From Centroscyllium fabricii (Eukaryota), in contig JBNRSN020000148.1 in the NCBI GenBank assembly GCA_051313645.2, positions 558,001-622,000 of the forward strand: a DNA stretch of 64,000 nt, in the 5' to 3' direction. Within the stretch, counting starts at the first letter, position 1, and every line of letters begins with the position of its first letter. Positions 34,682-47,800 of the stretch are shown in pieces. The position numbers and the translations under genes were made by a program. The notes beneath the pieces are model-generated. The model was not told the origin of the DNA. It did not search any database and saw only the letters and a program-made list of their open reading frames with translations.

Positions 34682-37533
34682 TTTTTTTTAATTCATTGAT
34701 GGGATGTGGGCGTCGCTGGCTGGCTGGGCCTGCATTTAGTGCCCATCCCTAATTGCCCTTGAGAAGATGGTGGTGAGCCACCTTCTTGAACCGCTGCAGT
34801 CCATATGGTGTAGGTACACCCACAATGTTGTTAGGAAGGGAGTTCCAGGATTTTGGCCCAGCGACAGTGAAGGAGCGGCGATACAGGTCCAAGTCAGGAT
34901 GGTGTGTGGCTTGGAGGGGAACTTGTAGGTGGTGCTGTTCCCATGCGTCTGCTGCCCTTGTCCTTCTAAGTGGTAGAGGTCGCGGATTTGGAAGGTGCTG
35001 TTGAAGGAGCTTTGGCGAGTTGCTGCAGTGCATCTTGTAGATGGTACACACTGCAGCCACAGTGCGCCGGTGGTGGAGGGAGTTAATGTTGAAGGTGGTG
35101 GATGGAGTACCAATCAAGCGGCCTGCTATATCCTGAATGGTGTCGAGCTTCTTGAGTGTTGTTGGAACTGCACTCATCCAGGCAAGTGGAGAGTATTCCA
35201 TCACACTCCTGACTTGTGCCTTGTAGATGGTGGAAAGGCTTTGGGGAGTCAGGAGGTGAGACACTCGCTGCAGAATTCCCAGCCTCTGGCCTGCTCTTAT
35301 AGCCACAGTATTTATATGGCTGGTCCAGTTCAGTTTCCGATCAATGGTAACCCCCAGGATGTTGATAGTGGGGGATTCAGCGATGATAATGCCATTGAAT
35401 GTCAAGGGGAGATGGTTAGAGTCTCGCTTGTTGGAGATGGTCATTGCCTGGCACTTGTGTGGTGCGAATGTTATTTGCCACTTGTCAGCCCAAGTCTGAA
35501 TGTTGTCCAGGTCTTGCTGCATATGGACACGGACGGCGTCAGTATCTGACGAGTCTCGAATGGTGCTGAACAGTGCGCAATCATCAGCAAACATCCCCAC
35601 TTCTGACCTTATGATGGAGGGAAGGTCATGATGAAACAGCTGAAGATGGTTGGGCCTAGGACACTGCCCTGAGGAACTCCTACAGTGATGTCCTGTGGTT
35701 GAGATGAATGACCTCCAACAACCACAGCCAACTGCTAGGTATGATTCCAACCAATGGAGAGATTTTCCCTTGATTCCCATTGACTTCAGCTTTGCCAGGG
35801 CTCCTTGATGCCACACACGATCAAATGCTGCCTTGATGTCAAGGGCAGTCACTCTCACCTCACCTCTTGAGTTCAGCTCTTTTGTCCATGTTTGGACCAA
35901 GGCTGTGATGAGGTCAGGAGCTGAGTGGCCCTGGCAGAACCCAAACTGGGCGTCAGTTAGCAGGTTATTGCTGAGTAAGTGCCGCTTGATAGCACTGTCG
36001 ACGACACCTTCCATCACTTTGCTGACGATTGAGAGTAGACTGATGGGACGGTAATTGGCCGGGTCGGATTTGTCCTGTTTTTTCTAGACAGGACATACTT
36101 GGGCAATTTTCCACATTGCTGGGTAGATGCCAGTGTTGTAGCTGTACTGGAACAACTTGGCTAGGGGCGCAGCTAGTTCTGGAGCACAAGTCTTCAGTAC
36201 TATTGCCGGAATGTTGTCAGGGCCCATAGCCTTTGCAGTATCCAGTGTCTTCAGCCGTTTCGTGACATCACGTGGAGTCAATTGAATGGGCTGAAGACTG
36301 GCATCTGTGATGCTGGGGACCTCAGGAGGAGGCCGAGATGGATCATCCACTCGGCATTTCTGGCTGAAGATAGTTGCAAATGCTTCAGCCTTGTCTTTTG
36401 CACTCACGTGCTGGGCTCCACCATCGTTGAGGATGGGGATATTTTTGGAGCCTCCTCCTCCTGTTAACTGTTTAATAGTCCACCACCACTCATGACTGGA
36501 TGTGGCAGGACTGCAGAGCTTTGATTTGATCCGATGGTTGTGAGATCGCTTAGCTCTGTCTATCGCATGTTGCTTCTGTTGTTTGGCATGCAAGTAGTCC
36601 TGTGTTGTAGCCTCGCCAGGTTGACACCTAATTTTCCGGTATGCCTGGTGCTGTTCCCGGCATGCTCTCCTGCACTCTTCGTTAAACCAGGGTTGATCTC
36701 CCGGCTTGATGGCAATGGTAGAGTGAGGGATATACCGGGCCATGAGGTCACAGATTGTGGTTGAATACAATTCTGCTGCTGCTGATGGCCCACAGTGCCT
36801 CATGGATGCCCAGTTTTGAGTTGCCAGATCTGTTCAAAATCTGTCCCATTTAGCACGGTGGTAGTGCCACACAACACGGTGGAGGGTATCCTCAACATGA
36901 AGACGGGACTTCGTCTCCACAAGGCCTGTGCGGTAGTCACTTCCACCAATGCTGTCATGGACAGATGCATCTGCAACAGGTAGATTGGTAAGGACAAGAT
37001 CAAGTAGGTTTTTCCCTCTTGTTGGTTCCCTCACCACCTGTCGCAGACCCAGTCTGGCAGCTATGTCCTTTAGGACTCGGCCAGCTCGGTCAGTTGTGGT
37101 GCTATCGAGCCACTGTTGGTGATGGACATTGAATTCCCCCACCCAGAGGACATTTTGTGCCCTTGCTACTCTCAGTGCTTCTTCCAATTGATGTTCAACA
37201 TGGAGGAGTACTGATTCATCAGCTGAGGGAGGGCGGTAGGTGGTAATTAGTAGGAGGTTTCCTTGCCCATGTTTGACTTGATGCCATGAGACCTCATGGG
37301 GTCCTGAGTCAATGTTGAGGACTCCCAGGGCTACTCCCTCCCGACTGTATACCACGGTGTCACCACCTCTGGTGGGTCTGTCCTGCCGGTGGGACAGGAC
37401 ATACCCAGGAATGGTGATGCTGGTGTCTGGGATATTGGCTGTTAGGTATGATTCTGTGAATATGACTATGTCAGGCTGTTGCTTGACTAGTTTGTGGGAC
37501 AGCCCTCCCAATTTTGGCACAAGTCCCCAGATG
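34682..37533 (-). mobile_element. RTE-X-like LINE with APE endonuclease and RT, disrupted ORF
   Basis: EN: PDIVIFTES, YRPP, GEFN, NLLDLVLTN, GGSDY. RT: KAMGPDNIP, QFGF, DIKAAFDRVWH, FADD. Same family as 1391-2532. Confidence 0.92.
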
Positions 37534-38606
37534 TTGGGTTGTGTAGTGTTGCTTGGCTTGAGTTGAGTTCAGTGTAGTTGTGTTGTGTGTTGCGTTGATT
37601 TGCATTGATTTGTGTTGAGTTGCGTATTGTTGCTTCAGTTGTGTTGAGTTCAGTTGAGTTGTGTTGAATTGTGTTGAGTTGACTTGTGTTGTGTTGCTTG
37701 AATTGAGTTGAGTTCAGTTAAGTTCAGTTAAGTTCAGTGCAGTTGAGTTGTGTTGTTTATTGCGTTGAGTTGCATATTGTTGCTTGGGTTGAGTTGAGAT
37801 CAGTTCAGTTGTGTTGAGTTTAGTTGATTTGTGTTGACTTGTGTTGGGTTGAGTTGAGTTCAGTTAAGTTAAGTTCAGTGCAGTTGAGTTGTGTTGTGTA
37901 TTGCATTGAGTTGTATTGTGTTGCATATTGTTGCTTGGGTTGAGTTGAGATCAGTTCAGTTGTGTTGAGTTTAGTTGATTTGTGTTGAATTGTGTTGACT
38001 TGTGTTGGGTTGAGTTGCATTGAGTTGTGTTGAGTTCATTTGAGTTAAGTTGTATTGTGCTGAGTTGAGTTGTGTTGTGTTGAGTTCAGTTGAGTTATGT
38101 TGTGTTGAGCTGTGTTGCGTTGAGTTGAGTTCTGCTAAGTTGAGTTGTTTTGGGTTGTGTTGCTTGAGTTGAGTTTTGAGTTGATTTGAGTTGGGTTGAT
38201 TTGAGCTGTGTTCAGTTGAGTTGAGTTGTGTTGAGTTGTGTTCTATTGCTTGAGTTGAGTTAAGTTGAGTTCTGTTAAGTTCAGTTGAGTTGTGTTGCGT
38301 TGAGTTGTGTTGCTTGAGTTGAGTTGAGTTCTGTTAAGTTCAGTTGTGTTGTGCTGTGCTGTGTTGAGTTGCTTTGAGTTGCGTTCTGTTGCTTGAGTTG
38401 AGTTGCGTTCTGTGGTGTTGGGTTGCATTGAGTTGAATTTTGAAGAGTTGAGATGCGTTGTTTTGAGTTGCGTTGATTGCATTGATTTGTGTTGAGTTAT
38501 TTTGAGTTTTGTTGAGTTGAGTTTTGTTGAGTTGTGTTGAGTTGCATTACGTTGAGTTGCGTTATGTTGCATTGAGTTGAATTGTGTTGAGTTGTGTTGT
38601 GTTGAG

Positions 38607-38833
38607 TGATGTGCCATCAATAACTCCCAAAAGACTAAGAGTTAAACTTATAACAAGTAGGCTTTTATTAACAAAAGAATACGAGCATGCCTCTGCTGGT
38701 AGACCGATCCTTAAAGCCAGGGGGACTGGAGGTGAATCACCTTTATACCTGGGCTTAGGGGTGGAGCCAGGGGCGGAGCCAGCTGAGGCATGCCCAGACA
38801 TGTTCTGTACAGGCAGATTAGTGGTTTACCACA
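38607..38833 (-). mobile_element. Solo LTR, 227 bp
   Basis: TG..CA termini, TATAAA and AATAAAAGCCT on the minus strand, 5-bp TSD TTGAG at 38602-38606 and 38834-38838. Confidence 0.8.
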
Positions 38834-41800
38834 TTGAGTTCAGTTGAGTTATTTTGGGTTGTGTTGCTGATTTGAGTTGTGTTGGGTTGAGTTGCATTGA
38901 GTTGAGTTTTGTTGTGTTGTGTTGTGTTGAGTTCATTTGAGTTATGTTATGTTGAGTTCAATTGAGTTATGTTGTGTTGAGCTGAGTTGTGTTGTGCTGA
39001 GTTGTGTTGAGTTGCATTGAGTTGAGTTCTGTTGAGTTGTGTTGCTTGAGTTGAGTTATTTTGAGTTGATTTGAGTTGAGTTGATTTGAGCTGTGTTCAG
39101 TTGAGTTCTGTTGAGTTCAGTTGTGTTGAGTTGTGTCGTGTTGCTTGAGTTAAGTTGAGTTCAGTTGTGTTGCGTTGAGTTGCGTTGAGCTGAGTTGTGT
39201 TGAGCTGAGTTGTGTTGAGCTGAGTTGTGTTGAGCTGAGTTGTGTTGAGCTGAGTTGTGTTGAGCTGAGTTGAGATGTGTCGAGTTGAGATGTGTCGAGT
39301 TGAGATGTGTCGAGTTGAGATGTGTCGAGTTGAGATGTGTCGAGTTGAGATGTGTCGAGTTGAGATGTGTCGAGTTGAGATGTGTTGGGTTGTGTTGAGT
39401 TGAGGTGCGTTGCATTGACTTGTGTTGAGTTGCGTTCTGTTGCTTGAGTTGTGTTGAGTTGAGTTGTGTTGAGTTGCATTGAGTTGAGTTTTGATGAGTT
39501 GAGTTGCGTTTTGAGTTGCATTGGTTGAGTTGACTTGTGTTGAGTCATGTTGAGTTTTGCTGAGTTGTGTTATGTTGTGTTGAGCTGAGTTGTGTTGTGT
39601 TTTGAGTTGTGTTGAGTTTAGTTGTGTTGAATTGAGTTGTGTTGAGTTGTGTTGCATTGAGTTGAGTTGAGTTGAATTGTGTTGAGTTGTGTTGAGTTCA
39701 GTTGAGTTATTTTGTGTTGAGTTGTGTTGTGTTGTGCTGTGTTCAGTTGCGTTGCGTTTTGGGTTGTGTTGCTTGAGTTGAGTTGATTTGAGCTGTGTTC
39801 AGTTGAGCTGTGTTCAGTTGAGCTGTGTTGCTGGAGTTAAGTTGAGTTCAGTTAAGTTCAGTTGTGTTGCGTTGAGTTGTGTTGAGATGTGCTGAGTTGT
39901 GTTGCATTGTGTTGAATTGAGTTGCATTGTGTTGAGTTGTGTTGAGTTATTTTGGGTTGTGTTGTTTGAGTTGACTTGAGTTGTGTTGCGTTGTCTTGCT
40001 TGAGTTCAGTTAAGTTCAGTTAAGTTCAGTTGAGTTGTGTTGAGTTGCGTTCTGTTGCTTCAGTTGAGTTGAGTTGAGTTGAGTTCAGTTCTGTTGTGTT
40101 GAATTGAGTTGTGTTCAGTTGAGTTGAGTTGACTTGTGTTCAGTTGACTTGTGTAGAGTTGTGTTATGTTGAGCAGTTCAGTTGTGTTGGTTGTGTTGAG
40201 TTGCGCTGTGTTGTGTTGAGTTGAGTTGTGATGAGTTGTTTTGTGTTGTGTTGAGTTATGTTGAGCTGCCTTGAGTTGTGTGGAGATGTCTTGAGTTATG
40301 CTGAGTTGAGTTGTATTGTGTTGAGCTGAGTTGTGTTGTCCTGCGTTGTGTTGAGTTGAGTTGTTTTGGGTTGTGTTGGTTGAGTTGAGTTGCTTTGTGT
40401 TGAATTGACTTGTGTTGAGTTGAGTTTTGTTGTATTGAGCTGAGTTGTGTTGAGTTGCATTGAGTTGTGTTGAGTTGAGTTGTTTTTGGTTGTGTTGCTT
40501 GAGTTGAATTCAGTTAAGTTAAGTTGTGTTGTGTTGTACTGGGTTGAGGTGAGTTGCGTTGAGTTGTGTTGAGTTGCGTTCTGTTGCTTGAGTTGAGCTC
40601 AGTTGAGTTGACTTGTGTTATGTTGAGGAGTTGTGTTGAGTTGTGTTGAGTTGGGTTGACTTGTGTTGTGTTGATTTATGTTGGCTTGAGTTGTGTTGAG
40701 ATGCGTTGTGTTGAGTTCACTTGTGTTGTGTTGAGTTGTGTTGAACTGTGTTTTGTTGTGTTGTATTGACTTGTGTTGAGTTGCATTGCATTGAGTTGAG
40801 TTGCATTGTATTGAGTTGAGTTGTGTTGAGTTGAGTAGATTTGTGTTGTGTTGAGTTGCATTGAATTTAGTTGTGTTGTGTTGAGTTGCATTGTGTTGAG
40901 TTGACTTGTGTTGAATTGTGTTGAGTTTTGTTGAGTTGTGTTGTGCTGTGCTATATTGAGCTGAGTTGTGTTGTGCTAAGTTGTGTTGAATTGTGTTTAG
41001 TTGAGTGCATTGTGTTGCGTTGAGTTGTCTTGCTTGAGTTCAGTTGCGTTGAGTTCAGTTGAGTTGTGTTGTGTCGCTTGAGTTGAGTTAAGTTCAGTTG
41101 AGCTGAGGTGTGTTGAGTTGCGTTGAGTTGCAATGAGTTATGTTGAGTTGCGTTTTGTTGCTTGTGTTGAGTTCAGTTCAGTTGTGTTGATTTCAGTTGA
41201 GTTGTGGGTTTGGTTGTGTTGAATTGATGTGTGTTGAGTTGACTTGATGTGTTGAGTTGTGTTGAGTTATGATGAGTTGAGTTGACTTGTGTTGAGTTGA
41301 GTTGCATTGAGTTGAGTTGACTTGTGTTTAGTTGTGTTGGGTTGCTTAAATTGAGTTCAGTTAAGTTCAGTGTAGTTGAGTTGTGTGTTGCGTTGAGTTG
41401 CGTATTGTTGCTTGAGTTCAGTTCAGTTTTATTGAGTTCAGTTGAGTTTTGTTGAGTTGACTTGTGTTGTGTTGAGCTGCTTGAGTTGAGTTCAGTTAAG
41501 CTAAGTTCTGTGCAATTGAGTTGTGTTGTGTGTTGCGTTGATTTGCATTGAGTTGTATTGTGTTGTGTTGAGTTAGGTATTGTTGCTTGGGTTGAGTTGA
41601 GATCAGTTCAGTGGAGTTCAGTTGATTTGTGTTGAATTGTGTTGTGTTGGGTTGAGTTGCATTGAGTTGAGTTGAGTTGTTTTGAGCTCAGTTGAGTTGT
41701 GTTGTGTTGTGCTGAGTTGTGTTGAGTTGCAGTGAGTTGAGTTCTGTTGAGTTGAGTTGTTTTGGGTTGTGTTTCTTGAGTTGAGTTGTTTTGAGTTGAG

Positions 41801-44800
41801 TTGATTTGAGTTGAGTTCAGTTGAGTTGTGGTGTGTTGAGTTGTGTTGTGTTGCTTGAGTTGAGTTCAGTTAAGTTCAGTTCTGTTGAGCTGCATTGAGT
41901 TGCATTGAGTCGCGATGAGTCGCAGTGAGTCATGTTGCATTGTGTTGAGTTGAGCTAGCGTTGAGTTGTGTTGCTTGACTTGAGTTGAGTTCCGTTCAGT
42001 TCAGTTGTGTTGTGCTGTGTTGAGTTATCTTGAGTTGCTTGGGTTGTGCTGAGTTGTGTTGCGTTGTTTTGAGTTGCGTTGATTGAGTTGACTTGTGTTG
42101 AGTCATGTTGAGTTTTGCTGAGTTGTGTTGAGTTGAGTTGTGTGGTGCTGAGTTGTGTTTTGAGTTGTGTTTATTTGAGTGTGCTGAGTTGCATTGAGTT
42201 GCGTTGTGTTGAATTGAGTTGTGTTGCTTGAGTTGGGTTGTGTTGAGTTGTGTGAATTGTGTTCAGTTACGTTCAGTTCAGTTAAGTTTTGTTGTGTAGA
42301 GTTGCATTGAGTTGCGTTGAGTTGCTTGAGTTGAGTTCAGTACAGTTGAGTTCAGTTGTGTTGAATTCAGTTGAGTTGTGTTGAGTTGGGTTGCATTGAG
42401 TGGAGTTGTGTTGAGTTTTGTTTTGTTATGTTGAGATGTGTTGAGCTGACCTGTGTTGTGTTGAGTTGAGTTGTGTTACATTGGGTTGAGTTAGGTTGAC
42501 TTGTGTTGTGTTGATTTATGTTGGCTTGAGTTGAGTTGTGTTGCGTTGAGTTGTGTTGTGTTGAGTTGTGGTGAATTGCGTTGTGTTGAGTTCACTTGTG
42601 TTGAACTGTGTTCTGTTGTGTTGAGTTTTGTTGTGTTGAGTTGCATTGCATTGAGATGAGTTGCATTGTGTTGAGCTGAGCTGTGATGAGTTGTGTTGTG
42701 TTGAGTTCAGTAGATTTTTGTTGTGTTGCATTGCATTGAGTTGAGTTGTGTTGTGCTGTGTTGAGCTGAGTTATGTTGTGTTGAGCTGAGTTGTGTTGAG
42801 CTGAGTTGTCTTGTGTTGAGTTGTGTTTAGTTGAGTGCATTGATTTGCATTGAGTTGCATTGAGATGTGTTGTGTTGAGTTGTGTTGCTTCAGTTGAGTT
42901 CAGTTGAGTTGTGTTGAGTTGATTGAGTTATGTTGTATCGCTTGAGTTGAGTTCATTTAACTTCAGTTGAGCTGAGTTGAGTTGCATTTAGTTGCAATGA
43001 GTTGTGTTGAGTTGCGTTTTGTTGCTTGTGTTGAGTTGATTTCAGTTGAGTTCAGTTGAGTTGTGTTGAGTTGATTGAGTTGTGTTGTGTCACTTGAGTT
43101 GAGTTCATTTAACTTCAGTTGAGCTGAGGTGAGTTGCGTTTAGTTGCAATGAGTTGTTTTGAGTTGCATTTTGTTGCTTGTGTTGAGTTTTTTTCAGTTG
43201 AGTTGTGTTTGGTTGTGTTGAGTTGATGTGTGTTTTGTGTTATTTGAGTTGCATTGACTTGAGTTGAGTTGAGTTGACTTGTGTTGAGTTGTGTTGTGTT
43301 GAGTTATGTTGAGTTGACTTGTGTTGGGTTGTGTTGTGTTGAGTTGAGTTTTGTTGAGTTGCATTGTGTTGATTTGCAATGTGTTGAGTTACGTTGAGTT
43401 GACTTGTGTTGAGTTGTGTTGCTTGAGTTGAGTTCAGTGTAGTTGAGTTGTGTTGTGTGTTGCGTTGAATTGCATTGAGTTGTGTTGAGTTGCGTATTAT
43501 TGCTTGGGTTGAGTTGAGATCAGTTGTGTTGAGTTCAGTTGAGTTGTGTTGACTTGAGTTGGGTTGAGTTGGGTTGAACTGTGTTCAGTTACATTCAGTT
43601 ACATTCAGTTGTGTTGAGTTGTGTTGAGTTGCATTTTGTTGCTTGAGTTGAGTTGAGTTGTGTTGAATTCAGTTGAGTTGTGTTTTGCATTGAGTGGAGT
43701 TGTGTTGAATTGAGTTGGGTTGACTTTTGTTGTGTTGATTTATGTTGGCTTGAGTTGACTTGTGTTGTGTTGAGTTGTGTTGAATTGCGTTGTGTTGAGT
43801 TGTGTTGAACTGTGTTCTGTTGCGTTGAGTTGCATTGCGTTGAGTTGCATTGTGTTGAGTTGTGTTGATTTGTGATGAGTTGTGATGAGTTGCGTTGTGT
43901 TGAGTTGCGTTGAATTTAGTTGAGTTGCATTGTGTTGAGTTGAGTTGACTTGTGTTGAGTTGTGTTGTACTGTGTTGAGCTGAGTTGTGTTGAGTTGTGT
44001 TGTATTGTATTGTGTTGTATTGTGTTGAGTTGGTTTGTATTGAATTGTGTTTGGTTGTGTTCAGTTGGGCTGACTTGTGTTTGTTGTGTTGATATATGTT
44101 GGCTTGAGTTGACTTGTGTTGCGTTGAGTTGTGTTGAACTGCATTGTGTTGCGTTGTGTTGCTTGAGTTGAGTTCAGTTAAATTCAGTGTAGTTGTGTTG
44201 TGTGTTGCATTGAGTTGTGTTGAGTTGCGTATTGTTGCTTGGATTGAGTTGAGATCAGTTCAGTTGAGTTCAGTTGTGTTGGGTTCAGCTGAGTTGGGTT
44301 CAATTGTGTTGAGTTGACTTGTGTTGCGTTGGGTTGAGTTGTGTTGAGTTGTGTTGTATTGAGCTGAGTTGTGTTGAGTTGACTTGTGTTGAGTTGTATT
44401 GAGTTTTGTTGAGTTGTGTTGAGCTGAATTGTGTTGAGTTGTGTTGAGTTGTGTTGAGCTGTGTTGAGCTGAGTTGAGTTGTGTTGTATTGAGCTGAGTT
44501 GTGTTGAGTTGACTTGTGTTGAGTTGTATTGAGTTTTGTTGAGTTTTTTTGAGTTGTGTTGAGTTGTGTTGAGTTGTGTTGAGTTGTATTGTGTTGTGTT
44601 GAGTTGTATTGTGTTGAGTTATGATGAGTTGAGTTGACTTGTGTTGGTTTGTATTGAATTGTGTTTGGTTGTGTTGTGTTGAGTTGTGTTCAGTTGGGTT
44701 GACTTGTGTTGAGTTTTGTTGTGTTGATTTATGTTGGCTTGAGTTGACTTGTGTTGCGTTGAGTTGTGTTGAATTGCATTTTGTTGAGTTGTGTTGAACT

Positions 44801-47800
44801 GTGTTCTGTTGTGTTGAACTGTGTTCTGTTGTGTTGAGTTACATTGTGTTGAGTTGTGTTGATTTGTGATGAATTGCTTTGTGTTGAGTTGCATTGTGTT
44901 GAGTTGAGTTGACTTGTGTTGAGTTGTGATGAGTTGCATTGTGTTGAGTTGAGTTGACTTGTGTTGAGTTGTATTGAGTTGTGTAGTGCTGTGTTGAGCT
45001 GAGTTGTGTTGAGTTGTGTTGCTTGAGTTGAGTTAATTTCAGTGTAGTTGTGTTGTGTGTTGCATTGAGTTGTGTTGAGTTGCGTATTGTTGCTTGGGTT
45101 GAGTTGAGATCAGTTCAGTTGAGTTCAGTTGTGTTGGGTTCAGCTGAATTGGGTTCAATTGTGTTGAGTTGACTTGTGTTGGGTTGAGTTGCGTTGAGTT
45201 GAGTTGCGTTGAGCTGAGTTGAGTTGTGTTGTATTGAGCTGAGTTGTGTTGTGTTGAGTTGAGTTCTTTTGTGTTGAGTTGTTTTGGGTTGTGTTGCTTG
45301 AGTTGAGTTGAGGTGATTTGAGTTGAGTTGATTTCAGTTGAGTTGAGTTGATTTCAGTTGAGTTGATTTCTGGTGAGTTGATTTCAGGTGAGTTGATTTC
45401 AGGTGAGTTGATTTCAGTTGCGTTGATTTCAGTTGCGTTGATTTCAGTTGCGCTGATTTCAGTTGCGTTGATTTCAGTTGCGTTGATTTCAGTTGTGTTG
45501 ATTTCAGTTGCGTTGATTTCAGTTGCATTGTGTTGTGTTGCTTGAGTTGAGTTCAGTTGAGCTGTGTTGTGTTGAGATGAGTTCAGTTAGTTCAGTTGCG
45601 TTGTGTTGAGTTGTATTGATTTGTGTTGAGTTGTGTTGTGTTGATTTGTGTTGAGTTGTGTTGAGTTGTGTTGATTTGTGTTGAGTTGTGTTGAGTTGTG
45701 TTGTGCTGTGTTGTGCTGTGTTGAGTTGTGTTGCATCGAGTTGAGTTGCGTTCTGTTGCTTGAGTTGAGTTCAGTTGTGTTGAGTTGGCTTGTGTTGAGC
45801 TGAGTTGTGTTGAGCTGAGTTGTGTTGAGCTGAGCTGAGTTGTGTTATGTTGTGTTATGCGTTGTGTTGGGTTTAGTTTTGTTGTGTTCTGTTGCCTTCG
45901 TTGAGTTGAGTTCTGTGGAGTTCAGTTGAGTTGAGCTGTGTTGAGTTGACTTGTGTTATGTTGAGGAGTTGAGCTGTGTTGGTTGTGCTGCATTGAGTTA
46001 TGTTGAGTTGAGTTGCATTGCGATGCGTTGAGTTGTGTTGTTTTGAGTTGTGTTGCTTAAGTTGAGTTAAGTTGAGCACAGTTAATTTCAGTTGAGTTGT
46101 GTTGAGTTGCGTTGCATTCATTGCTTGAGTTGAGTTGTGTTGAGTTGCATTGACTTGTGTTGAGTTGTGTTGTTTTGTTGTGTTGAGTTGTGTTGTTTTG
46201 TTGTGTTGTGTTGAGCTGAGTTGTGTTGAGCTGAGTTTTGTTGAGCTGAGTTGTGTTGAGCTGAGTTGTGTTGAGTTGCATTGAGTTGCGCTGTGTTGTG
46301 TTGCTTGAGTTGAGTTCAGTTACGTTCAGTTGTGTTTCGTTGCATTTTGTTGCTTGAGTTGGGTTGAGTTCAATTCAGTTGAGTTCAGTTGTTTTGAGTT
46401 CAGTTGAGTTGTGTTAGAGTTGAATTGTGTTGGGTTGAGTTGCATAGAGTTCAGTTGTGTTGAGTTTCATTAACTGGTGCTGTGTTGGGTTGAGTTGTGT
46501 TGTGTTGTGCTGATTTGTGTGGAGTTTTGTTGTGTTGATCTGTGTTGAGTTGTGTTGAGCTGAGTTGTGTTGAGTTGCATTGAGTTTTGTTGAGTTGTGT
46601 TTAGTTGAGTGTGGTGAGTTGTGTTGAATTGTGTTGAGTTGACTTGTGTTGAGCTGCGTTGTGTTTTGTTGAGTGTCATTGTGCTGTGTTGTGCTGAGTT
46701 GTGTTGTGCTGAGTTGTGTTGTGCTGAGTTGTGCTGAGTTGTGTTGTGTTGATTTGCCTTGTGTTTGAGTTGAGTTGTTTTGAGTTGAGTTGTGTTGCTT
46801 TAGTTGAGTGCATTGAGTTTCGTTGTTTTGTGTTGCTTTAGTTGAGTTCTAAGTTCAATTGTGTTGCGTTGAGTTGAGTTGTGTTGAGTTGCAATGAGTT
46901 GTGTTGAATTCAGTTGTGTTGATATCAGTTGAGTTGTGTTGAGTTGACGTGTGTTGTGTTGTGTTGGGATGAGTTGACTTGACTTGTGTTGTGTTGATTT
47001 ATGGTGAGTTGACTTGTGTTGTGTTTGGTTGTGTTGTGTTGAGATCAGTTGTGTTGAGTTGAGTTTTGTTGATATGAGTTGCGTTGTTTTGACTTGTGTT
47101 GTGTTGAGTTATGTTGAGTTGACTTGAGTTGTGTTGGGTTGTGTTGTGTTGCGATCAGCTGTGTTGAGTTGAGTTTTGTTGATATGAGTTGCGTTGCGCT
47201 GTGTTGAGTTGTGTTGTGTTGAGTTATGTTGAGTTGACTTGAGTTGTGTTGGATTGTGTTGTGTGGTGTTGATTTGTGTTGAGTTTTGTGTTGCATTGTG
47301 TTGCATTGTGTTGAGTTGTTTTGTGTTGCGTTGAGTTGTGTTGCGTTGAGTTGACTTGTGTTGAGTTGTGTAGAGTTGTGTTGAGTTTTGTTGTGTTGGG
47401 TTGTGTTGAATAGTGTGCTGTGTTGAGTTGAGTTGTGCTGAGTTCAGCAGAGTTGAGTTGTGTTGAGTTGAGTTGTATTGTGTTGATTTTGGTGATTTGT
47501 GCTGTGTTGAGTTGTGTTGGGTTGACTTGTGTTGAGTTGTGTTGAGATGAGTTGAGTTGTGTTGTGTTGAGTTGTGTTGAGTTGTGTTGAGTTGTGTTGA
47601 GTTGTGTTGAGTTGTGTTGAGTTGTGTTGGGTTGTGTTGAGTTGGGTTGAGTTGAGTTGTGTTGAGTTGTGTTGGGTTGTGTTGAGTTGTGTTGTGTTGA
47701 GTTGTGTTGGGTTGTGTTGAGTTGTGTTGAGTTGTACTGAGTTGAGTTGTGTTGAGTTGAGTTTTGTTGTGTTGACTTGTGTTGAGTTGCGTTGACCTCC

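Noticed and set aside
34749-36017. 422-aa RT ORF that looks intact
   Set aside because: Compared with the copy at 1391-2532, it has an 8-bp and a 1-bp deletion that scramble the QGSVLGP region and restore the frame by chance; it is non-functional.
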